Made by a program: the position numbers and the translations under genes. From positions 1-64,000 of the IMG/VR virus record IMGVR_UViG_2706795703_000001: a stretch of DNA of 64,000 nucleotides; one strand, 5' to 3'. How positions within the stretch are numbered: position 1 is the first letter of the stretch; each line of letters starts with the position of its first letter. The notes beneath the pieces were generated by a model, which saw only the letters and a list, made by a program, of their open reading frames with translations, did not search any database and had not been told where the DNA came from. Shown here in pieces: positions 1 to 7,458 of the stretch. Origin of the DNA: a virus. Its lineage: Duplodnaviria; Caudoviricetes.

Positions 1-1440
1 ATGGCCTCCACTGTCGGAAAAACCACCAGCGTTTCCCCGTCCCAGCTGCACCTATTCCACAAGAACGCCCGCCGGGGCGACGTGCCCGCCATCATGGCCA
101 GCCTGCGCCGCCACACCCAGTACACCCCCATCACGGTCAACGTCGGCACCCACACCGGCCGCCCCAACGAGGTGCTGAAGGGCAACCACACCCTGATGGC
201 CTTCCGCGAGCTGGCCGAGACCGACCCGTTCGATAAGCAATGGCAGAAGATCGCGGTGTTCTGGGTCGACGTGGACGATGACCTGGCAGAACGCATCGTG
301 GTGGCCGACAACCAGATCGGGCGGCTGGGTGGCTTCGATGACGCCCAGCTGGCTGAGCTGGTCAGCGGGTTCGACGGTGACCTGGACGGCCTGGGCTTCA
401 CCGACGCCGACGTGGAGGCGCTGCTGGGGCTGAACGACGAGCCGGGCGGGGACGGTGACCCCAGCGGCGACGGTGGCGGCGCTGCCCCGTCCATTCCGTT
501 GGCTGACCGCTACGGTGTCCCGCCCTTCAGCGTGCTGGACCGCCGGGGCGGGGTCTGGCAGGAACGCAAGCGCGAGTGGTTGTCGGCCGGGCTGGGCCTG
601 GACAACCACGACGGGCGCGAGGAGACGCTGCTGCTGAAGATCGACCCGCAGGGCAGCGACATCTTCAGCACCGCCGTGCAGGCCAGTGGCGGGTCCACCA
701 GTGTCTTCGACCCGGTGTTGTGCGAGGTCGCCTACCGCTGGCACACCCCCGAAATCGACACCCCGGTGTCGGTGCTGGACCCCTTCGCGGGCGGGCCCGT
801 GCGCGGGCTGCTGGCCGGGGCCATGGGCCTGCATTACACCGGCATCGACGTGCGCGCCGAGCAGATCGCGGCCAACCACGCCGCGCTGGGTCGGCGGCCG
901 GAGTACGCCGACCGCGTGACCTGGCTGCACGGGGACGCCACGCGCATGGGTGAGGTGTTGGCCGACGACCAGGCGTTCGACCTGGTGTTCAGCTGCCCGC
1001 CCTACGGTGACCTGGAGTGCTACAACGACGACAACGACCGCGACATCAGCGCCTGGGACTACGAGGACTTCCTGGTCGGCCACGCCCAGGCCATCACCGA
1101 CGCTGCCGCCCGGCTGCGCGACGACCGTTTCGCGGTCTGGGTCACCAGCGACATCCGCGACAAGTCCGGCTACTACCGGGGCCTGGTGTCGGCCACCAAT
1201 GACGCCTTCGCCGCCGCCGGTCTGCGGCTGCTGAACGAAGCGGTCATCGTGGACCCCGTCGGGTCCACCCGCCTGCGCACCGCCCGGCCGTTTGAGGCGG
1301 GCCGCAAGATCGCGCGGATGCACCAGTACATGCTGATCTACGTCAAGGGCGACGTGCGCGCCGCGACCGAGTGGGCCAAGCAGGGACGGGAGTTCGTGGT
1401 ACCCGATGACGACAACGACGACATCGCTGACGCCGTTTAA
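1..1440 (+). CDS. ParB-like N-terminal domain fused to SAM-dependent amino-methyltransferase-fold domain (N4C/N6A type)
   Basis: N-terminus has ParB/Srx-like signature (GNHTLMA, RIVVADNQIG). C-terminus has motif I VLDPFAGG, GID, and motif IV-like LVFSCPPY. Acidic Gly-rich linker between them. Confidence 0.85.
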   Translation: MASTVGKTTSVSPSQLHLFHKNARRGDVPAIMASLRRHTQYTPITVNVGTHTGRPNEVLKGNHTLMAFRELAETDPFDKQWQKIAVFWVDVDDDLAERIVVADNQIGRLGGFDDAQLAELVSGFDGDLDGLGFTDADVEALLGLNDEPGGDGDPSGDGGGAAPSIPLADRYGVPPFSVLDRRGGVWQERKREWLSAGLGLDNHDGREETLLLKIDPQGSDIFSTAVQASGGSTSVFDPVLCEVAYRWHTPEIDTPVSVLDPFAGGPVRGLLAGAMGLHYTGIDVRAEQIAANHAALGRRPEYADRVTWLHGDATRMGEVLADDQAFDLVFSCPPYGDLECYNDDNDRDISAWDYEDFLVGHAQAITDAAARLRDDRFAVWVTSDIRDKSGYYRGLVSATNDAFAAAGLRLLNEAVIVDPVGSTRLRTARPFEAGRKIARMHQYMLIYVKGDVRAATEWAKQGREFVVPDDDNDDIADAV

Positions 1441-2275
1441 CCTGGTCAATGGCCGGTATTACAAGCGCGACGATCTGCACACCGGCGGGGGCGGGACCAA
1501 CGGCGGCAAGCTGCGCAGCTGCCAGGTCATGGTGGGCGACATGCTGGCCGACGGTGCCACCGCCATCATCACCGCCGCCAGCGTCCACAGCCCCCAGCAC
1601 GCCATCGTGGCCAACGTCTGCGCCGCCGCCGGTATCCCCAGCTACCACGTCGTAGGCGGCACCAAGCCCGCCGCCGCCATGCGCTGGCCCACGGTGTCGT
1701 CGGCGGTCGCCGCCGGTGGCCGTATGCACTACGCGCGGGCCGGGTACAACAGCGTCATCCAGCACGCCGCCGCGCGGCTGGCGGGCATGGTGCGCGGGGC
1801 CCAGGTGCTGCCCTTCGGCATTGCCCCGCCAGCTGGTGCCCCCGCGTCGGCCATCCTGCGCATGGCACGGGCCACCGGTGGCCAGGTCAACGGGCTGCCC
1901 GCCGACGTGCGCACCCTGGTGGTGCCGGTCGGCTCCGGCAACAGCGCCATCGGCATAGCCGAGGGCCTGGCGCGCACCGGCCGCCATGATGTGCGCATGG
2001 TGCTGGTGGAAGTCGGCCCGACCCGTCAGCAGTGGGTGACCCAGCGCGCGGCAGCGGCCGGTATCGCGCTGCCCGCGCTGACGTGGGTCAACCTGGAAGC
2101 CCTGGGGTTTGCGAAGTACCACGACAAGATGCCCGAGACCGTCGACGGGGTGGCGCTGCACCCGACCTATGAGGGCAAGGTGGTGCGCTACCTGAACACC
2201 GTCAAGCCCGCGTGGTGGACCGACCGCGACGGCACTACGTGCTTGTGGATTGTCGGCGGCGCGCTTCTGGTGTAG
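1406..2275 (+). CDS. PLP-dependent fold-type II enzyme, ACC deaminase / D-cysteine desulfhydrase-like
   Basis: YYKRDDL..GGTNGGKLR (Schiff-base Lys region), VVPVGSGNS (phosphate loop) and LHPTYEGK match the order of family motifs (KRDD..GGNKxRK, DPVYxGK). Confidence 0.75.
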   Translation: MTTTTTSLTPFNLVNGRYYKRDDLHTGGGGTNGGKLRSCQVMVGDMLADGATAIITAASVHSPQHAIVANVCAAAGIPSYHVVGGTKPAAAMRWPTVSSAVAAGGRMHYARAGYNSVIQHAAARLAGMVRGAQVLPFGIAPPAGAPASAILRMARATGGQVNGLPADVRTLVVPVGSGNSAIGIAEGLARTGRHDVRMVLVEVGPTRQQWVTQRAAAAGIALPALTWVNLEALGFAKYHDKMPETVDGVALHPTYEGKVVRYLNTVKPAWWTDRDGTTCLWIVGGALLV

Positions 2276-2278
2276 CTT
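2250..2278 (+). promoter_or_regulatory. Putative sigma-A promoter TTGTCG-17-TAGCTT
   Basis: Hexamers at 2250-2255 and 2273-2278, followed by the conserved leader hairpin (2292) and an AGGAG RBS before ATG 2327. Confidence 0.5.
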
Positions 2279-2326
2279 CGCGCTCAGCCCGGCGGGACCG
2301 ACCCGCCACCGCTGACAGGAGCACCC

Positions 2327-2515
2327 ATGGACGCCCCCGAGCGTGACCACCTGGACGACCAGGCCCGCGCCGATCTGCCCGGCCTGACCCCGCGCGAGCG
2401 GCACCTGACGCCGGTGCGCTGCACCCGTTGCGCCGCCCGGGTCTACACCTACGCCAGCAGCGCCGACGGGCTGCGCCACTACTGCCGCTGCATCGCCTGG
2501 CTGCCCGCCGCCTGA
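2327..2515 (+). CDS. Small hypothetical protein with Cys pairs (possible Zn-binding)
   Basis: AGGAG RBS upstream; CTRC and CRC motifs; phage-typical codon use. Confidence 0.65.
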   Translation: MDAPERDHLDDQARADLPGLTPRERHLTPVRCTRCAARVYTYASSADGLRHYCRCIAWLPAA

Positions 2516-2558
2516 ACACTTGCCCGACTAGGGCGGGCATCTGCGCTATCATGCGGGC

Positions 2559-3152
2559 ATGAAGCCTCGGATGATTTACCTGGTGGGCCAGCCCGGCGCG
2601 GGCAAGTCCACGCTGATGGCTGCGCTGACCAAGGGCCTGGTGCGCAGCCCCTGGCATGAGCACACCGTGCCCCACGATCAGCTGGTCGACCGCGTGACCG
2701 GCGAGACGGTGGCGGCTGAGCTGGGCGTGCAGCGCGGGGCCTTCAGCGGCACCGACGCGCTGGCCAGCAGCATCATCGACAAGGCCGTTCCGTGGATTCA
2801 GTCGCGCCCCTACGACCTGGTGCTGGCCGAGGGCGCGCGGCTGGCCAATCGGCGCTTCATCGACGCCGCCCTGGACGCGGGCTACGCCGTCACCATCGGC
2901 CTTCTCGACCATGACCAGGCCGACACCTGGCGCAAGCGCCGCAGCAAGGCGCTGGGACGCGAGCAGTCCCCGTCATGGGTCAAGGGTCGGCTGACCGCCA
3001 GCCGCAACCTGGCCGCCCACTACCCCGGCGCGCTGGTCGTCGCCGGGTCGGTCATCCCGGCTGAGCCGGGCAAGGCCATCGTGCTGGCCGGGCACCCCGA
3101 CGAACTCGAGCCGATCTTGGCGGCGGTCATGGCCCAGGACGTCGATGGCTAA
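2559..3152 (+). CDS. P-loop nucleotide/DNA kinase (adenylate-kinase-like fold)
   Basis: Walker A GQPGAGKST at the N-terminus, GTDAL and LAEGARL motifs. TATCAT 6 nt before ATG. Overlaps the terminase start. Confidence 0.8.
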   Translation: MKPRMIYLVGQPGAGKSTLMAALTKGLVRSPWHEHTVPHDQLVDRVTGETVAAELGVQRGAFSGTDALASSIIDKAVPWIQSRPYDLVLAEGARLANRRFIDAALDAGYAVTIGLLDHDQADTWRKRRSKALGREQSPSWVKGRLTASRNLAAHYPGALVVAGSVIPAEPGKAIVLAGHPDELEPILAAVMAQDVDG

Positions 3153-5796
3153 GAAGCCGGAGCTGGAGTTCCCCGACCATGGCAGCGGTGACCCCGCCGT
3201 AGCGGTCTGGCAGTCCGACGGCACGTTTGACACCCAGCGCGCCGAGCAGATATTCGAGGAGACGAAGGACTGGCCGCCGGAGCAGCGCGCGGCCATGCTG
3301 CGGTCGCTGCGCGCGGCTGAGACCCGGGCGACGGTGCGCACCAAGTACCGCCACCCCGCCGAAATGGCGGCAGCGGTGACGCCGGGCTACCGCATCACCC
3401 CCGCGCTGGCGATGATCAGCAACAGCATTGAGCGCGTGCTGAACAGCCACCGGAAAATCAACCTGTCGGTGTCCATGCCGCCGCAGGAGGGCAAGTCGTC
3501 GCTCTGCTCGGTGTGGGCCCCGCTGCGCGCGCTTCAGCTGAACCCCAACCGCCGCATCATCCTGGCCACCTACGCCCAGCCGCTGGCCGACATGCACTCC
3601 CGCAGCGCCCGCGACGTCATCAACGCCCACGGGGCGGGGCTGGTCGACCCGCTGACGGGGCTGACCGTGGAAGACAAGATCGGGCTACGCCTGGCCCAGG
3701 GCGCGAACAAGATCAGCTTCTGGGGCGTAGAGGGTGGTGCTGGGGGACTGCTGGCCGCAGGCATCGGCGCGACCATCACCGGTATGCCCGCCGACCTGCT
3801 GATCATTGATGACCCGTTCAAGAACATGATGGAGGCCGACAGCGCCACCCACCGCAACAATGTGGAGCTGTGGTTCTCGTCGGTCGCGCTGACCCGCCTG
3901 GCCCCCGATGCGTCGATAATCCTCATTCAGTGCATGACCGGCGACACCCCCGTGCTGCGACCTGACGGCACCGAGACGCCGCTTGCCGACATCCGTCCCG
4001 GTGACGAGATTGCCACCTATGAGGACGGCGCGCTCAGCACGGCCACCGTCAAGAACTGGGCCAGTCAAGGCTATGATCGTGTGAGTAAACTAGTATTTGC
4101 ATCAGGACGACAAGTGCGCGCTAACGCTCGTCACCCGTTCCTGGTGGCTCACGACGACGGGACAACCGAGTGGATCAGGCTGGCCGACCTCAAACCGGGA
4201 CATCGCGTGATTGCGACATCGACGGGTGCGAACGACCCCACCACGCCCGAGGACGGTGCAAGTCGCATTGGGCTGCATTGCGGCGCACCGAGCGAGGATT
4301 ACGGGTTCACCCCGAGGGACACTGGGGTAAATGGACCGGCGTCATCTGCTCTGCTGACGGCTGCGACCAGCCCGCCGTCATCGAGCCGGGGCTGTGCCAC
4401 AGCCACTATGACAAGCACAGATGGGCGTCTGGAATCCGGTACCCCTCGCACAGTGGGCGACCTCGCCGCAACGTGCTGCTGCGCAGGCGATACGGCATCG
4501 ACCACGACGAGTACGACCGCTTGCTCGCCGCCCAAGACGGGCGGTGCGCTATCTGCCGCCTTACGGCTGACGAGGCGCGTATGCCAGCGCATTGGAACGG
4601 CTATTTCTGCGTGGATCACGACGAGACGACCGGCGTGCGCGAACTGCTTTGCAACGACTGCAATGTCGGCCTCGGAAGGTTTCACCACGACCCCGCACGG
4701 CTCCGCGCTGCTGCCGACTATCTCGACCGACACATTGCTGCACATCGAACCTGACGGTATTGCCGAGGTGTTCGACATCGAGGTCGAGCGAACCGAGAAC
4801 TTCATCGCCAACGGGCTGGTCAGCCACAATACGAGGTGGCACCCCGAAGACTTGGCGGGCAAGGTACTGGAGGGCGAGCGGCTGCTGGACCGCGAGGAGC
4901 GCACCTGGCGGCACCTGAACATCCCCGCCATCGCGGAGGAGGGCATACCCGACGCCCTGGGCCGCCCGTACGGCGAGCCCATGGTGTCGGCACGTGACAC
5001 CCCCGAGGCCAAGCGGAACTTCGCGCAGACCCGCAAGCAGGTGGGCGAGCGCACGTGGTACGCGCTTTACCAGGGCAGCCCCCGTAACCCAGCTGGCGGC
5101 ATTTTCCAGCGCGCCTGGTTCGACCCCCGCCTACCCCAGCCGCCCAGCTACCCCGTGGCCGCCGTCGTCGGCATCGACCCGGCCGACAGCGGCGAAGGGG
5201 ATGACGCGGGCGTGGTCGGCGGCAGCCTGTACCACGACGGCAAGCAGTCCAAGGTGGCGCTGACCCATGATCGCTCCGGCAAGTTCACCAGCGACCAGTG
5301 GGCCCGCCAGGGCGTCATCCTGGCCCTGGAAATCGGGGCCCGCGTGGTCGCGGTGGAGGGCTACACCGCCGCCAAGACGTACACCCGCGTGGTGCGCCAG
5401 GCATACACCGCCATCCACAACGAGGCCATTGCGGCGCTGAACGCCGGGGCTGAGCTGACCGCCGTGCAGAAGCGCGCGCTGCCCGACATCCCGCCGTTCA
5501 TCATCAAGCCCTGGCGCGGTGCCAGCAAGGCCGACGCGGTGGCGCGGTCGGGCGGGCTGAGCCAGTCGCTGGAGACAGGGCGGTGCCGGACGGTGGAGGG
5601 CGCGCTGGCGGTGTTCGAGAACCAGGCGTGCGACTGGCAGCCCGGTCAGCACCAGCCTGACCGCGTGGCCGCGTCCATCATTGTCCACGACACCCTGATG
5701 GAAATGGCGGGCCAGCAGATGCACGTGGCCGCTCCGGTGCAGCGCAAAACTGCCCCGCCACCTGCATGGATGCGCAGAAGCATTGGGAAAGGTTGA
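3145..5796 (+). CDS. terL: Terminase large subunit, interrupted by an intein
   Basis: MPPQEGKS Walker A, LIIDDP Walker B, IQ|TRWH coupling motif split by the intein, C-terminal nuclease VGIDPA and DRVAA. Confidence 0.93.
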   Translation: MAKKPELEFPDHGSGDPAVAVWQSDGTFDTQRAEQIFEETKDWPPEQRAAMLRSLRAAETRATVRTKYRHPAEMAAAVTPGYRITPALAMISNSIERVLNSHRKINLSVSMPPQEGKSSLCSVWAPLRALQLNPNRRIILATYAQPLADMHSRSARDVINAHGAGLVDPLTGLTVEDKIGLRLAQGANKISFWGVEGGAGGLLAAGIGATITGMPADLLIIDDPFKNMMEADSATHRNNVELWFSSVALTRLAPDASIILIQCMTGDTPVLRPDGTETPLADIRPGDEIATYEDGALSTATVKNWASQGYDRVSKLVFASGRQVRANARHPFLVAHDDGTTEWIRLADLKPGHRVIATSTGANDPTTPEDGASRIGLHCGAPSEDYGFTPRDTGVNGPASSALLTAATSPPSSSRGCATATMTSTDGRLESGTPRTVGDLAATCCCAGDTASTTTSTTACSPPKTGGALSAALRLTRRVCQRIGTAISAWITTRRPACANCFATTAMSASEGFTTTPHGSALLPTISTDTLLHIEPDGIAEVFDIEVERTENFIANGLVSHNTRWHPEDLAGKVLEGERLLDREERTWRHLNIPAIAEEGIPDALGRPYGEPMVSARDTPEAKRNFAQTRKQVGERTWYALYQGSPRNPAGGIFQRAWFDPRLPQPPSYPVAAVVGIDPADSGEGDDAGVVGGSLYHDGKQSKVALTHDRSGKFTSDQWARQGVILALEIGARVVAVEGYTAAKTYTRVVRQAYTAIHNEAIAALNAGAELTAVQKRALPDIPPFIIKPWRGASKADAVARSGGLSQSLETGRCRTVEGALAVFENQACDWQPGQHQPDRVAASIIVHDTLMEMAGQQMHVAAPVQRKTAPPPAWMRRSIGKG
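3931..4830 (+). mobile_element. Intein (300 aa) in terminase
   Basis: Begins CMTGDTPV (Cys1), block B ANARHPF, ends FDIEVERTENFIANGLVSHN, followed by Thr(+1). Removal restores IILIQ-TRWHPEDL. Confidence 0.93.
4170..4754 (+). CDS. Endonuclease VII-family homing endonuclease encoded in the -1 frame inside the intein
   Basis: YGIDHDEYDRLLAAQDGRCAIC...VDHD..G.VRELLCNDCNVGLG...LRAAADYL is the EndoVII pattern. Two N-terminal Cx4C-x8/9-Cx2H motifs. GTG 4170 is the only conventional start before the first motif. Confidence 0.85.
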   Translation: MDQAGRPQTGTSRDCDIDGCERPHHARGRCKSHWAALRRTERGLRVHPEGHWGKWTGVICSADGCDQPAVIEPGLCHSHYDKHRWASGIRYPSHSGRPRRNVLLRRRYGIDHDEYDRLLAAQDGRCAICRLTADEARMPAHWNGYFCVDHDETTGVRELLCNDCNVGLGRFHHDPARLRAAADYLDRHIAAHRT

Positions 5797-5821
5797 CTTA
5801 CCCGACTTAGGCGGGTAACTT
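5793..5821 (+). promoter_or_regulatory. Near-palindromic promoter/operator, copy 1
   Basis: TTGACT-TACCCGACTTAGGCGGG-TAACTT (-35, 17 bp, -10) with TTACCCG-N7-CGGGTAA inverted repeat. Confidence 0.8.
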
Positions 5822-5887
5822 CATGGCTACCGGACAAACAGCAGCAAGGCGGGACCGTCCCGCCTGCTTTACCCGAAAGGGGCTCAC

Positions 5888-6019
5888 ATGTCCGGCTACT
5901 TTTACGAGGTCGATGGCCAGCGGTTTGACCAGCGCGTGGAGGCCATGGCCTACTGCGACATCTGGGGCTACCACTACGGGGCCATCCAGTGGGTCGACCC
6001 CGAGGCACCCTGGGCCTGA
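5888..6019 (+). CDS. 43-aa hypothetical protein not in the ORF track
   Basis: MSGYFYEVDGQRFDQRVEAMAYCDIWGYHYGAIQWVDPEAPWA; GAAAGG RBS, preceded by promoter copy 1 and the leader hairpin. Confidence 0.7.
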   Translation: MSGYFYEVDGQRFDQRVEAMAYCDIWGYHYGAIQWVDPEAPWA

Positions 6020-6036
6020 CCCAGCAGGCTGGCCCG

Positions 6037-6363
6037 CTAGTCCGGCGGGTCAGCCTCAAAGCAGACCAACACCATGCCGGGGCTGATGTAGTCGGTAAAC
6101 CACGCCTGACCGGCCGCCTGGGCGGCGTCCAGCCCGCCGACGAAGACACAGCGCATACGGTCCAGCAGATCGCTGGCGTTGCGATCTGCTACGAACCCCT
6201 CCAGGTGGTCCCAGATGGCCTGGCCCCATGCCACGGGGTCGGCCTGCAATTCGCTCAGCAGCACTGGTATCTCGACGCGGAACTTGCGGGCGCGCATGAC
6301 CTTGATGGCCACGCGGTCAGACCGACGGGCCTGCTGGTAGGCGAGCTTCGCTAGGTCGGCCAT
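6037..6363 (-). CDS. Hypothetical protein
   Basis: Start overlaps the resolvase stop (TGATG); fills the gap. Confidence 0.6.
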   Translation of the reverse strand: MADLAKLAYQQARRSDRVAIKVMRARKFRVEIPVLLSELQADPVAWGQAIWDHLEGFVADRNASDLLDRMRCVFVGGLDAAQAAGQAWFTDYISPGMVLVCFEADPPD

Positions 6364-6947
6364 CAGTCCTCCAGGGCGGCGACGACGTCATTGCGGTACT
6401 TGGTGACCGGCAGGATGGGCAGGCCCATCCGCTGGCAGACCGCTGCCCCCACGATAAGCGCGTCGGCGTCGTTGTTGTCGATGATGTCGACCACCCCGTT
6501 GAACAGGCGGCTGGTGGCCAGCAGCACTGCATCCTTGCTGGCGTTGCCGTTGCCGGTGGCGAACTTGGCGCGCTGGCTGGTGGCCACAATGGTCAGCGGC
6601 ACGTCGTACTTCTCGCATAACTCGACCACCCGGCCGAACACCCAGGGCAGCACCCAGACGCCTGACCCCTTGGCCCCGTAGGCGAGACCTTCCATGCCTA
6701 CCGCGTCGGGCTTCTCGTCGTCCCGAAAACACCCTTCTATCTGGTCGATCAGGTCGTTGACCCGCCTGGCCATGGCCCGTTTCGACTTGTCTTTCGTCGG
6801 TTTGGGCGCGCTGACGATGGCGGTGTCAGCGGTGAAGGCCACGGGCTCATCGGGCTGGCGGGGCGGGTTACTGGGCGGCCAGCTGGCCAGGTCGATACGG
6901 GCCAGGCCGGTGCCGGTCAGGCTGGTGTCGATCCCAAGTACGCGCAT
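6363..6947 (-). CDS. ruvC: RuvC-like Holliday junction resolvase
   Basis: MRVLGIDTSLTGTG, VGMEGL, KFATGNGNASKDAV, NNDADAL acidic catalytic pattern. Confidence 0.88.
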   Translation of the reverse strand: MRVLGIDTSLTGTGLARIDLASWPPSNPPRQPDEPVAFTADTAIVSAPKPTKDKSKRAMARRVNDLIDQIEGCFRDDEKPDAVGMEGLAYGAKGSGVWVLPWVFGRVVELCEKYDVPLTIVATSQRAKFATGNGNASKDAVLLATSRLFNGVVDIIDNNDADALIVGAAVCQRMGLPILPVTKYRNDVVAALED

Positions 6948-6953
6948 GGGGTC

Positions 6954-6981
6954 ACAGTACCGACATTAGCGGGTAAGTGCC
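6954..6981 (-). promoter_or_regulatory. Degenerate promoter/operator copy driving a leaderless resolvase mRNA
   Basis: GGCACT-TACCCGCTAATGTCGG-TACTGT on the - strand; the -10 ends 6 nt before ATG 6947. Confidence 0.55.
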
Positions 6982-7006
6982 ACCGCCAGCTGATACCATC
7001 GCGCGC

Positions 7007-7429
7007 ATGGACCTCGGTAATCCCGTGCTGCTGCTGACGCTGTATGCCCTGGCCGTCGCGCGCATCACCCGGCTGGTCAACGCCGACAAGATCACCGACC
7101 GCCTGCGGCTAGTCCCCGCCGCTAAGCTGCGCAGCCTCCAGACCCTGCGGCGCGAGCGTATGGCGCGTGGGGCGGTGGCCGAGGCCAATGAGCTGAACAG
7201 CCGCATCCTGCGCTGGGACAAGGTCGTTTACTACGTCAGCTGCCCGTGGTGCGTTGGCATGTGGGTGGCACTGGGCACTGTCTGGGCCCCGTTGTTCTTG
7301 GGCGGCAACGTCGTCGTGCAGTACCTGCTCATCGGCCTGGCCGTCAGCCACCTGGTCGGGGTCTTCGCGCAGTTTGCCGATACCGAGGAAATTGAGATCG
7401 TTGACGATGATGACGACGATGACCAGTAG
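7007..7429 (+). CDS. Membrane protein, DUF1360-like
   Basis: Hydrophobic segments, ARITRLVNADKI and CPWCVGMW motifs. Start moved to ATG 7007 because TACCAT lies 7 nt upstream. Confidence 0.7.
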   Translation: MDLGNPVLLLTLYALAVARITRLVNADKITDRLRLVPAAKLRSLQTLRRERMARGAVAEANELNSRILRWDKVVYYVSCPWCVGMWVALGTVWAPLFLGGNVVVQYLLIGLAVSHLVGVFAQFADTEEIEIVDDDDDDDQ

Positions 7430-7458
7430 CCGCACCACCAGGCGATAACCTGGCCCCC

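Noticed and set aside
4215-4730. Treating the out-of-frame endonuclease as a sequencing error or pseudogene
   Set aside because: It would need two compensating indels; both frames are open over the whole interval and both intein ends are intact in the terminase frame. Resequencing would still be the decisive check.
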